Shown piece by piece: positions 36,694-46,116 of a stretch of DNA of 64,000 nt (positions are counted from its first letter, which is position 1; each line of letters opens with the position of its first letter). Under the pieces are notes generated by a model, which did no database searches, was not told the DNA's origin, and saw nothing but the letters and a program-made list of their open reading frames with translations. The stretch is taken from assembly GCA_002345745.1 (NCBI GenBank), contig DDWQ01000011.1:21995-85994 (forward strand), read 5' to 3'. The position numbers were made by a program, and so were the translations under genes. The stretch is from Candidatus Moranbacteria bacterium UBA2282 (GTDB taxonomy: Bacteria; Patescibacteriota; Minisyncoccia; Moranbacterales; UBA2206).

Positions 36694-37719
36694 ATGGAAG
36701 TTAAATACGAAAAACATCAGCGTGATTATACAGTTTTGGCCTGTTCGGAAATTGCTGATGAATTTTTTGACCCAAGGATGAGTGGATTTTTTTCCTATGA
36801 TTCACATCCGGTTTTTATGTTGGTGGAAGATGGAATTTTTTATCATTTTGTAACTGAAAATGATTATTTAGGTTTGGCACTAGCCTATGCTAAAAAATAT
36901 CCCGAGGAACATTTGCAGAAATATGCACAAGAGTTTCAAGAAACATTAACGATTTATAGAAAATTTCTAATTCAAGCACATGTAAATGTGGCTGATGATA
37001 TTTTGAAGTTACATGAATACATGCGCATATTTTTACCGATAGTTATTATTTCAGCTTATCTTCCAATGTGTGGTGCAACCATCAATGAAAACACTATGGC
37101 ACTTTGCATGAAACTCAGACGAGAATATGAAGATGTACATAGAAATGGCATGACTTTAGAAAGGGAGTTATTAAATATCTTAGAGAAGGAATTATTCATC
37201 AAGCATGATTTTTTACGTTATTTGACCTCGAAAGAATTTAAGCATTTTCTAATTACCCATGAGTTGCCAAATGACATAGAAACAAGACAAAAATTTTTGT
37301 TGATGGAAGTTTATCGTGGAAAAGATACGGCATTTATTGGAAATGAAGCAATAGCTAAATTGAGAGAAATTGATGAACATAGAAATGTGTCTAATGTTCG
37401 GGAAATCAAAGGTAATGTGGCTTTTCGAGGCATAATAAAAGGCAGAGTGAAATTAATTAGATTAATAGAAGACGCCAATGATATTACGGAAGGTGATATA
37501 CTCGTGGCATCCATGACTGATCCGCGATACCTTCCTCTCATGAAAAAAGCTGGCGCTATTGTTACCGACGAAGGTGGCATCACCTGCCACGCAGCCATCG
37601 TCGCCCGTGAACTCAAAAAACCGTGTATAATAGGAACAAAGATCGCCACCCAAGTTTTGCACGATGGGGATTTAGTGGAGGTGGATGCGGATAAGGGGAT
37701 AGTAAAAATTATAAAATAA
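36694..37719 (+). CDS. PEP-utilising swivel-domain protein with short divergent N-terminal domain (paralog 3)
   Basis: C-terminus GGITCHAAIVARELKKPCIIGTKIATQVLHDGDLVEVDADKGIVKIIK. Confidence 0.7.
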   Translation: MEVKYEKHQRDYTVLACSEIADEFFDPRMSGFFSYDSHPVFMLVEDGIFYHFVTENDYLGLALAYAKKYPEEHLQKYAQEFQETLTIYRKFLIQAHVNVADDILKLHEYMRIFLPIVIISAYLPMCGATINENTMALCMKLRREYEDVHRNGMTLERELLNILEKELFIKHDFLRYLTSKEFKHFLITHELPNDIETRQKFLLMEVYRGKDTAFIGNEAIAKLREIDEHRNVSNVREIKGNVAFRGIIKGRVKLIRLIEDANDITEGDILVASMTDPRYLPLMKKAGAIVTDEGGITCHAAIVARELKKPCIIGTKIATQVLHDGDLVEVDADKGIVKIIK

Positions 37720-37724
37720 TTTGT

Positions 37725-39224
37725 ATGGGGGAAAAAACAGTTCTAGGTAATAATGCAATGATTTTGGATTATATTAATTCAAAAAATATATTTAAGCTTT
37801 ATAGTCGTAATATTTGTTTACAGATTAATGAAGTTTTTTTTAAATATTCGATGGCAGAGCTTAAAAAAAATAGAGGGATAACGTTTAGTTCATTATCTAT
37901 TAATAAAAACGGGTTTGTTGATTGTTATGGACAAACAGATGAAGCAGACGCTGTCAGTGAGAAAATCAAAAAAATTTATGAAAAATCAAAATCAATAAAA
38001 GATTTTTATGAAGATCATGCACTTCAATCATTCAATGAATATATTGAGTTTACCAAAAGAATGAATATGAAATATAGCGATAAATATAAAAAGATATCGG
38101 TCGATGAAATTAGAGGGGATTATGATAAATTTTCTAAAGTTAACGCAAAATTCATTAGCAATCTATGGTTTATTTATCTTTCAGATTCGCCGATTGATAA
38201 AATGCTAAAGGATGTGCTGTCAAAATATCTTGAAGGAATAAATAAAAAGCAGGATATGCAAGCATATCTTACTTTAATTTCAACTACTTTGAAAAAACCC
38301 GCAATAATTAGACAGCACAAAGAACTTTTGGAAATTGCATTAATAGAGGATGATGAAAAGCGCCAAATTGAGATCGAAAAACATTGTAAAAAATGGAATT
38401 GGTTTCCTTGCTACAATCCTTGTGATGATACATATGAATTAGCTCATTACACACATCAATTAAAGCAATACACTCCAGTAGTTGCCGAAAAAGAATTAGC
38501 TAAAATCAAGAAAGAAGAAAAAGAGCATGTAGATCAATATGACAATTTTTTAAAGTCAATAAAAGATGAAAAGTTGCATAAGCTTGTTAAAATGACAAAT
38601 GATATTTGTTTTTATCGCGAACATCGTAATGATTTACGTCGGGAGGGTCTTTGTTTGATTCGTCCTCTATATGAAAAGATAGGTATGATACTTGGATTAA
38701 ATGTAAAGGAGGTTTGTTATCTCACTAAAGATGAGATAGAAATATCACTTAAAAATGAAGAAATAAACATTTCTAAAGAAGATATTAATAATCGGATTTC
38801 AGAATACATTCTATTTACAAAAAATGAGAATTTCATATTAATTAGCAGTAGAGATACTATTAGTAGAATAAAAAAAATAATACAAAATAAGGATAGTGAG
38901 GATGATTTTCTCAAGGGCAGTTCAGCTGCTGGAGGTTTTGTAATAGGAAAAGTTTTTGTTATAAATAGCATAGACAAGTTAAAAAATTTCAAAGAAGGCG
39001 AAATATTAGTGACTTCTATGACGGCACCTGATTATGTAATGGCTATGAAAAAAGCGTCCGCAATCATCACCGATGAAGGTGGCATTACTTGTCATGCGGC
39101 CATCATTGCGCGTGAACTTAAGAAACCATGTATAATAGGAACAAAGATCGCCACGCAAGTTTTGCACGATGGGGATCTGGTTGAGGTGGATGCGGATCAG
39201 GGAATTGTTAGAATTTTGAAATAA
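37725..39224 (+). CDS. PEP-utilising swivel-domain protein lacking the ATP-grasp domain (paralog 4)
   Basis: C-terminus GGITCHAAIIARELKKPCIIGTKIATQVLHDGDLVEVDADQGIVRILK. The middle domain is similar to paralog 2 (HCKKWNWFPCYNPCDD vs HWEKFAYMPMYDINYD). Confidence 0.7.
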   Translation: MGEKTVLGNNAMILDYINSKNIFKLYSRNICLQINEVFFKYSMAELKKNRGITFSSLSINKNGFVDCYGQTDEADAVSEKIKKIYEKSKSIKDFYEDHALQSFNEYIEFTKRMNMKYSDKYKKISVDEIRGDYDKFSKVNAKFISNLWFIYLSDSPIDKMLKDVLSKYLEGINKKQDMQAYLTLISTTLKKPAIIRQHKELLEIALIEDDEKRQIEIEKHCKKWNWFPCYNPCDDTYELAHYTHQLKQYTPVVAEKELAKIKKEEKEHVDQYDNFLKSIKDEKLHKLVKMTNDICFYREHRNDLRREGLCLIRPLYEKIGMILGLNVKEVCYLTKDEIEISLKNEEINISKEDINNRISEYILFTKNENFILISSRDTISRIKKIIQNKDSEDDFLKGSSAAGGFVIGKVFVINSIDKLKNFKEGEILVTSMTAPDYVMAMKKASAIITDEGGITCHAAIIARELKKPCIIGTKIATQVLHDGDLVEVDADQGIVRILK

Positions 39225-39243
39225 AAAATACATTTTTACAAAT

Positions 39244-39286
39244 AAAAAAACCGGATTTTTTGCAACTGCAAGAATCCGGTTTTTTG
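39244..39286. terminator. bidirectional rho-independent terminator
   Basis: AAAAAAA-CCGGATT...AATCCGG-TTTTTT between convergent genes. Confidence 0.8.
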
Positions 39287-39306
39287 TTGAAGAGATTACT
39301 CAAATC

Positions 39307-39930
39307 TCATTCAACGATTGGTGCCAAGATAAACTCGGCATCGATAATGTTTCCATCCTGGATCGTGTAAACAACGCACGAGGCTTCTGGTGCCTCATAT
39401 GGCACAGACGCTGCCCATTTTTCTGGGACAGCTAGTGTATGAAAAGGCGAGTGGGAGAAGCAGATTGCTTGTTTTCTCCCGAGATCCTTTTCTCCAAGAT
39501 TCACGATCTCTTCAGCAAAGCTGAAGAGATAATTACTGAGATGTTGGCGAGCCAAGTGTGAGTAGTTGTTGATTTCGCGTGCCGCAGCCACTGTGTTTCC
39601 AGTCTCGACGACTTTTTGGAGATCTTTTTTGTAAGCTTCCATATCTCCATCAAAGGCCTCGGCGAAAGGAGCTTCAAAGCTAAGTCCGTTAATCTCTCTG
39701 TAAACAAAAAAATGATGACCTTTTATTGCGGTTTGTGCAATGTCGGCGCATTGCCGAGTTCTCACCGTGGGTGAGTGTGCGATATGCCCAAAATCAAATC
39801 CTCTTTTGAACAGAGCTTTGACTGCTGCTTTGATTTGGCGCTCACCCAAAGGAGTGAGACTGTCATCATTTTTGTTACCGTGCCGCATTACGGCGATTTC
39901 AACGTTTTTGGTAGTGATGTTATTTGGCAT
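39307..39930 (-). CDS. histidine phosphatase superfamily protein (phosphoglycerate mutase-like), GC-rich
   Basis: RHG motif (VMRHGNKND) and LTPLGERQ. The start was set to the internal Met (MPNNITT...) because the in-frame 5' extension lacks homology. Local GC ~47% versus ~35% background. Confidence 0.65.
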   Translation of the reverse strand: MPNNITTKNVEIAVMRHGNKNDDSLTPLGERQIKAAVKALFKRGFDFGHIAHSPTVRTRQCADIAQTAIKGHHFFVYREINGLSFEAPFAEAFDGDMEAYKKDLQKVVETGNTVAAAREINNYSHLARQHLSNYLFSFAEEIVNLGEKDLGRKQAICFSHSPFHTLAVPEKWAASVPYEAPEASCVVYTIQDGNIIDAEFILAPIVE

Positions 39931-40115
39931 GATGTGCTCCTTTTGAGATGGTTGATGGTTTTCCGTAAAAAATACGGATAAATTGACAAAGAAATCAGGC
40001 ACCATACCTGATTATCAATTATAGCAGATGAAATGATTTCTGTCAAATTATAGAGCTTTGATCTTTTCGGAAAAAATGCTATAATACACGTACTTTAAGA
40101 TTAAGATATAATATT

Positions 40116-41666
40116 TTGGATAAAAAAATCAGGGTTAGATTTGCGCCGTCACCGACAGGTTATTTGCATGTTGGAGGTTTGCGAAGCGCTTTATATAACT
40201 ATTTATTCGCCAAAAAGAATGGCGGTAATTTTATCTTAAAAATAGAGGACACTGATCGCAAAAGATTTGTTGAAGGTGCAGTGGAAAGTCTAATTAGCTC
40301 TTTGGATTGGGTGGGACTGAATCGAGATGAAGGCGTATTTCTGAAAGATACGACTTCGAATTTGGGAGACAAAAAAAATATTGAATCTGAAAATTACCCA
40401 GGGATTATGGAGGTGGGTGATTTTGGACCATATATTCAATCGGAGAATTTAGCTATGTACAAAAAATATGCGGAGGATTTGGTGGCTGCCGGCAAGGCTT
40501 ATTATTGTTTTTGTGAACAAACAAGATTGGATGCAATCAAAGAGGAACGTATAGCTAACAAGCAAGCACCGATGTATGATCGCTACTGCTTGAAAAATGT
40601 CAGCGCGGAAGAAGTTAATGAGAAATTGAAATCAAATTGCGCCTACACAATCAGATTAAAAGTTCCAGCAGATGAAATCATTGAGTTTGAAGATTTGATT
40701 CGTGGCAAAGTTTCCATCAATTCCAATACGATTGATGACCAAGTTTTGATGAAGTCTGATGGTTTTCCAACCTATCATTTGGCCAATGTAATTGATGATC
40801 ATATGATGGGCACCACCCAAGTGATTCGTGGTGAAGAATGGTTGCCAAGTACGCCGAAACATATTTTGTTGTACCGAGCTTTTGGTTGGGACATTCCAGA
40901 ATTTGCCCATCTGCCACTACTACTTAGTACTGATAAAAAGAAACTTTCCAAACGTATGAATGACGTCGCCGTGGAGGATTATATTAAAAAAGGCTATTTG
41001 AAAGAAGCGATTATTAATTTCGTGGCACTACTCGGCTGGAATCTGGGTGAAGGCAGTACGCAAGAGGTTTTTTCTCTTCAAGAATTGGAACGAGTTTTTG
41101 ACATCAAGCGCGTGCACAAGGCGGGTGCAGTTTTTGATTTGAAGAAACTAGACTGGTTGAATGCACAGTATATTAAAAAACTTTCCATCGATGAGTTGTA
41201 TCAAAAATCATTGGAATTTTTTGCGCAAAAAGATTTTTACAAATCGTGGAACGTGGAACGTGAATCGTGGAGCGTGGAAAAGAAAGAAAAATATTTGAAA
41301 AAAGTTTTGCAAATTGAACAAGAACGCCTGAATAATTTATCTGAGGTGGGGGAGAACAATCAATTTTTCTTTGCAGACATTTCCTATGACAAAAATTTAT
41401 TACGCTGGAAAGATATGTCAGACACTGCTTTGCAAGAATCGCTAGAAAAGTCCATTGCGGTTTTAAGTGCGATTGATGAGTCGGATTGGGAAATAAAAAA
41501 TATTGAAGAAAAACTTTTTGTAGCGGCGGGGGATAAGAAGGGTGATTTGCTCTGGCCACTGCGCGTAGCTCTTTCTGGAGCACAAAAATCACCGTCACCA
41601 ATGGAGTTGGCGTGGGTTTTGGGCAAAGTTGAATCACTGCAAAGATTGCAAAAAGCCCTTGCATAA
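40116..41666 (+). CDS. gltX: glutamyl-tRNA synthetase
   Basis: HIGH-region RFAPSPTGYLHVGG and KMSKS-region KLSKR. 516 aa. Confidence 0.92.
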   Translation: MDKKIRVRFAPSPTGYLHVGGLRSALYNYLFAKKNGGNFILKIEDTDRKRFVEGAVESLISSLDWVGLNRDEGVFLKDTTSNLGDKKNIESENYPGIMEVGDFGPYIQSENLAMYKKYAEDLVAAGKAYYCFCEQTRLDAIKEERIANKQAPMYDRYCLKNVSAEEVNEKLKSNCAYTIRLKVPADEIIEFEDLIRGKVSINSNTIDDQVLMKSDGFPTYHLANVIDDHMMGTTQVIRGEEWLPSTPKHILLYRAFGWDIPEFAHLPLLLSTDKKKLSKRMNDVAVEDYIKKGYLKEAIINFVALLGWNLGEGSTQEVFSLQELERVFDIKRVHKAGAVFDLKKLDWLNAQYIKKLSIDELYQKSLEFFAQKDFYKSWNVERESWSVEKKEKYLKKVLQIEQERLNNLSEVGENNQFFFADISYDKNLLRWKDMSDTALQESLEKSIAVLSAIDESDWEIKNIEEKLFVAAGDKKGDLLWPLRVALSGAQKSPSPMELAWVLGKVESLQRLQKALA

Positions 41667-41693
41667 CTTAGCGTTATAATATTCTATCAAAGC

Positions 41694-42959
41694 ATGAATA
41701 AAATAAAAAATAATAAAATAATAAAATTTAACGTACTATTTTTATTGCTAGCAATTATTGCCTTGGCACTTTTTAATTTTGCATCATACGCCAATGTCCG
41801 TGCCGAAAGTTGCGACACACTAATAGGTGATGACAAAGATAAATGCATCATCGCACTGGAAAAAAAGGCCGAAGCCTACCAAGATATTATTGATATAAAA
41901 GTTAAACAGCAAACCGCCTTACAAAAACAAATGACTTTGATTGATGCCGAACAATCTAAAAATCAATCCGCCTTGCAAGAAGTACATGAAAAATTTCAAA
42001 CTACGCTAGATCAAATTAATAATTTAAAAAGAAGAATTGAGCACGAAGAAACACAAATTGAGCAACAAAAAATAATCCTATCAGGATTGATGCAGTCATA
42101 TTATGAAGATGATCAGCAAGGTGTTTTGGATATTGTTTTGGCTAATAGAGATTTTTCAGAAATTCTGAATCAGTCTGACTACATTCAACAATCAAGTTTT
42201 AAAGTTTCTGACGTGTTAAAATCAATTCAAGATATAAAAAATGATTTAGACCGTCAAAAAATTGCTCTGGAAGAAACAAAAACAGAACATGAAAATTTAC
42301 AAAATCAATTAGAGGATAAAAATTTGAACTTGCAAAACACTGAGGCTCAGAAGCAAAAATTATTTGGACAAACAAAAGCTGATGCAGAAAAATATCAAAA
42401 TCTTCTAGATAATATTGAAAATGAAATTTATAGCTTGGAATCAAGTAAGTCTGTTGATTACAGTAATGTGCCAGCAGCAAAGGGTGGTTATTTTGATTAT
42501 CCAGTTTCAAGTGAAGTTATTACTCAATCATATGGCTGTTTGAAAGATTCTTTTGCGAAAAGATCATATCCTACTTGCGATAATGGCAGTGGAGGATTTC
42601 ATAATGGATTGGATTTTGGTAAAAATAGTGGGAACAGTATTTTCTCCGTTAAAAGCGGTAGGGTAATCGCATCTGGAGATAATGGTAAATATGCTTATGG
42701 TAGGTGGCTTGCAATTGATCATGCAGATGGATTGGTAACTCTCTATGGGCATCTAAGTAGTAAGCTTGTTGCAAAAGGTGCTAAAGTTGAAGCAGGGCAA
42801 AAAATTGGAATAATAGGAACAACTGGATATTCTACAGGAATTCATCTTCATTTTTCAGTTTTTGATAAAAATAGCTTCGAGATTGTTGAATCCTTAAAAG
42901 TAAATGGGTTGATGCTACCCGCTGGAGCATCAATTAGTCCAAAAAGATATTTAAAGTAA
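41694..42959 (+). CDS. M23 family peptidase with N-terminal signal/TM and long coiled-coil (EnvC-like)
   Basis: C-terminal LytM/M23 motifs HNGLDFG...HLHFSVF. Q/E/K-rich coiled-coil in the first 250 aa. Confidence 0.8.
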   Translation: MNKIKNNKIIKFNVLFLLLAIIALALFNFASYANVRAESCDTLIGDDKDKCIIALEKKAEAYQDIIDIKVKQQTALQKQMTLIDAEQSKNQSALQEVHEKFQTTLDQINNLKRRIEHEETQIEQQKIILSGLMQSYYEDDQQGVLDIVLANRDFSEILNQSDYIQQSSFKVSDVLKSIQDIKNDLDRQKIALEETKTEHENLQNQLEDKNLNLQNTEAQKQKLFGQTKADAEKYQNLLDNIENEIYSLESSKSVDYSNVPAAKGGYFDYPVSSEVITQSYGCLKDSFAKRSYPTCDNGSGGFHNGLDFGKNSGNSIFSVKSGRVIASGDNGKYAYGRWLAIDHADGLVTLYGHLSSKLVAKGAKVEAGQKIGIIGTTGYSTGIHLHFSVFDKNSFEIVESLKVNGLMLPAGASISPKRYLK

Positions 42960-42990
42960 ATCTTCTCTTTTTGTCGGTTAAATTTATATT

Positions 42991-43016
42991 TTCAGCATAC
43001 ATTGATGTATGCTGAA
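42991..43016. terminator. bidirectional hairpin between convergent M23 genes
   Basis: TTCAGCATACAT-TGA-TGTATGCTGAA perfect 12-bp stem, flanked by A/T runs. Confidence 0.5.
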
Positions 43017-43116
43017 ATTATTTAATTTTGTGGTAAGCTAATTGCTTTTCTGTATTAGGTGTCGCAAAAGATACCTTGTGCGACACTGTCCATATTTCAA
43101 GATACGATCTTCCCTG

Positions 43117-43689
43117 CTAAATTTGCGTATTTTTAGGATTATAATTTTTTATAAAACTAACTGGCTCTTTCCAATATTCTAACTCCGTCGTATTCTCTTT
43201 GTCAGATTGCTCTTTAAAATAACCTGGCAAAACTCGCGCGTGGAACGGTCCATCATAAATTCCAAAATGCAAATGTTCTTCCTCCCACGCTCCATTGGAT
43301 TCACTTAGTGATTTTCCAATGATTCCAATCAAGCCACCCATTTCAATGGTATCGCCTTTTTTAACATAGCGCTTACCTAGATGACCATAGACGGAGTAGA
43401 AAACTTTTTTTGTCTTTGGATCTTTGTGTGCAATGATGGTGATGCCACCCCAATTTCTTTTAATAATAGTTTCTCCATCTTCGGAAAATTCCCCCGGATG
43501 TAGTTTTGAATAAACAACAGTTCCGCGTCCAATGGAAAAAACTTTCGTCTCCGCAGGTGCTGAGATATCAATGCCCAGATGCTTGCCCCACAGTTGTTTA
43601 TCATAGACATTCATCTCACCAAAACCAGAAGAAATATTTTTAAAATTCCCCACAGGAAACATTAGATTAGGTGTGATTCGATAAGCCAT
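43117..43689 (-). CDS. M23 family peptidase
   Basis: HLGIDISAP...EEHLHFGIYDG matches the M23 HxxxD / HxH zinc ligand pattern. Confidence 0.75.
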   Translation of the reverse strand: MAYRITPNLMFPVGNFKNISSGFGEMNVYDKQLWGKHLGIDISAPAETKVFSIGRGTVVYSKLHPGEFSEDGETIIKRNWGGITIIAHKDPKTKKVFYSVYGHLGKRYVKKGDTIEMGGLIGIIGKSLSESNGAWEEEHLHFGIYDGPFHARVLPGYFKEQSDKENTTELEYWKEPVSFIKNYNPKNTQI

Positions 43690-43763
43690 TGGTAGTTTGC
43701 GAATTTAGAACAATTTTTAGCTAATGATTGTTAATAAATTATTCGCAATAAATTCGCCTTAAA

Positions 43764-44156
43764 TTAGTTTTTAATTAGAGAATTTCTATAATCTTTTATA
43801 GCTTCATGCAACGCCTCGTCTGCCAGATTTGAACAATGCATTTTAATTGGCGGCAAACCATCTAGTGCATCTGCTACATCGTTGCGCGTAATTTTCATCG
43901 CATCTTCGACTGTTTTGCCTTTGGCAAGATCAGTTACCATTGAAGATGTTGCAATAGCCGAGGCACAACCAAGTGTTTCAAATTTAATATCACTAATGAT
44001 ATCCCCTTTTTTCTTGTCTTTTTTTACTTTAATGTAAATTTTCATTAAATCACCACAAACTGGATTTCCGACCATACCAACGCCAGAGGCATTTTTAAGC
44101 GCTCCTTGATTATGCGGTCGAGTGAAATGTTCTAAAACTTTTTTTGAATATTGCAT
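43764..44156 (-). CDS. iscU: Fe-S cluster assembly scaffold IscU/NifU
   Basis: GNPVCGDLMKIY, LGCASAIA and HCSNLADEAL hold the three conserved Cys. Confidence 0.85.
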   Translation of the reverse strand: MQYSKKVLEHFTRPHNQGALKNASGVGMVGNPVCGDLMKIYIKVKKDKKKGDIISDIKFETLGCASAIATSSMVTDLAKGKTVEDAMKITRNDVADALDGLPPIKMHCSNLADEALHEAIKDYRNSLIKN

Positions 44157-44159
44157 TTT

Positions 44160-45389
44160 TTATTTGTTAGAATAATAATCTTCCAGCACTGAACCAGAAA
44201 TTTTTCGCAGACGCACAACGACTGTTTTTAATTTTTGCACAGCAGTGTTTATTTCCTGCTTTGTTGTGTATTTGCCTAATGTTAATCGCAATGAGCCATG
44301 AGCTTGTTCAGCTTTAAGTCCAATAGCCATTAGCACATGTGACGGTGAAAGTGCGCCAGATGAGCACGCCGAACCTGTAGAACCAGCTACGCCTTCCATA
44401 TCCAAGGAAAGCAAGAGTCCCTCGCCTTCAACATCACGAAATGTAAAATTAGCGTTATTGGGTGAGCGTTTTATTTTCGAACCATTGAGCATTGTATGAG
44501 GAATTTCACGCAAAACTTTTTCAATTAAATAATCTCGTAAAAATTGAATTTTTTTAGCATCTTTTTGTCCATTTTTTTGCACTAACTCAATTGCCTTGCC
44601 AGCTCCGACAATACCCGGTACATTATGTGTGCCAGCACGCATCTTATATTCTTGATCTCCGCCGTCCTGAATTTTTTTAATAGCAGTCCCCTTTTTAACA
44701 TATAATATTCCCACGCCCTTTGGTCCATAAATTTTATGTGCCGACATAGAAAGCAAATCTACGCCTATTTTTTTTGTATCACAATCACAATAATTAATTG
44801 CTTGTGTGGCGTCAGTGTGAAATAAAATTTTGAAATCAGTTTCTTTTTTCTGGGCGTTTATTTTTTTGACTAATTTGCCAATTTTTTCAATTGGTTGCAC
44901 AGTGCCAATTTCATTATTTACATACATTACTGAAATTAAAATCGTGTTAGTTTTGATAGCATTATTGATATCACTAATTTTAACTACCCCATCTTTTCCA
45001 GGTTTGATATAGGAAATTTCAGCTAATTTTTCTTGCTCGACTGCCTTGCACGAGTCTAAAATACAATGATGCTCAATAGCAGAAGTGATAATGTGCGGTT
45101 TTATTTTAGCATTCTTTGGCTTGGAATAATATGATTTAAGCACGCCTTTAATAGTGATATTATTTGATTCCGTAGCACCGCTAGTAAAAATTATTTCGGA
45201 TGGAGTCGCATTAAAAAAAGTCGCAATCTTGCCACGAGCCTCATCCACTGCTTGCAAAGCCTCTTGACCAAAAGAATGAATTGACATAGCGTTACCGAAT
45301 TTTTCACCAAAATATGGCAACATTTCTCTCAATACTTCTTTGTCAACTGGGGTGGTGGCAGCATAATCTAGATATATATTTTTTTGCAT
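44160..45389 (-). CDS. iscS: cysteine desulfurase IscS/NifS
   Basis: PLP-lysine motif SMSAHKIYGPKGVG and the active-site loop with Cys (GSACSSG). Confidence 0.9.
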   Translation of the reverse strand: MQKNIYLDYAATTPVDKEVLREMLPYFGEKFGNAMSIHSFGQEALQAVDEARGKIATFFNATPSEIIFTSGATESNNITIKGVLKSYYSKPKNAKIKPHIITSAIEHHCILDSCKAVEQEKLAEISYIKPGKDGVVKISDINNAIKTNTILISVMYVNNEIGTVQPIEKIGKLVKKINAQKKETDFKILFHTDATQAINYCDCDTKKIGVDLLSMSAHKIYGPKGVGILYVKKGTAIKKIQDGGDQEYKMRAGTHNVPGIVGAGKAIELVQKNGQKDAKKIQFLRDYLIEKVLREIPHTMLNGSKIKRSPNNANFTFRDVEGEGLLLSLDMEGVAGSTGSACSSGALSPSHVLMAIGLKAEQAHGSLRLTLGKYTTKQEINTAVQKLKTVVVRLRKISGSVLEDYYSNK

Positions 45390-45440
45390 ATTATTTTATT
45401 TACCCCGTTAAATTCGGTTTTGCCGAGTCGCTTTTGGCGA

Positions 45441-45839
45441 CTATTTAACTGGGTGAATTAAATCACTTAATTTTATATTGTGTAATGTTTTTTCAATTTG
45501 AGCTCCAAGAATTTCCCAAACAATCTTAGAAGAACAAATATCTTCCATACAACATATTTTGCCAACACATTTCATCGGTGCAATTGGACCTTCCAGAGCA
45601 ATAACAATTTCAGCCACATTAGTTTTTTTAGCTTGTTTTTTGAGAGTATATCCCCCATTGGTGCCTTTAAAACTTTCCACTAAATCGTGCTTACGCAGTA
45701 TATTTAAAAGTCTCTCTAAATATTTAATCGAAATTGATTCTTCCTTGGCGATTAACTTAATGTTTTTAGTTTGTCCTTCATTTTTAGCCAGATTAACCAT
45801 TGCTTTTAGACCATATTCAGCTTTTGTCGAAAATTTCAT
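45441..45839 (-). CDS. iscR: Rrf2 family transcriptional regulator (IscR-like)
   Basis: Rrf2 wHTH (MKFSTKAEYGLKAM...ISIKYLERLL) with C-terminal Cys ligands (CVGKICCMEDIC). Confidence 0.8.
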   Translation of the reverse strand: MKFSTKAEYGLKAMVNLAKNEGQTKNIKLIAKEESISIKYLERLLNILRKHDLVESFKGTNGGYTLKKQAKKTNVAEIVIALEGPIAPMKCVGKICCMEDICSSKIVWEILGAQIEKTLHNIKLSDLIHPVK

Positions 45840-46116
45840 ATTTTGTGGAATTTAATAGTCTACCAAATTAGTATACATTTATAATACAAAAAAAGCTGAA
45901 CGAAGTCAAGTCTTCTCTATGAGGCTAATTGTGCAATTTCATATGAAGCAGCGATAACAACTATTAGAAATACTGATGCAACAACAATAGCTGCGAAACG
46001 AAATGTTTCGTCTATTTTTGGTGCGGAAACATTCTTGAACATTTATTTTGATATTAACTTTTAATCCTGCTATAATTATAATACAAGCTTAATTTTATGC
46101 AAGTCCTCTAAACCTT

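Noticed and set aside
41238-41280. Tandem 7-nt/21-nt repeat CGTGGAA... inside gltX (peptide SWNVERE/SWSVEKK)
   Set aside because: It is an in-frame local duplication within a variable C-terminal region, not an independent element.
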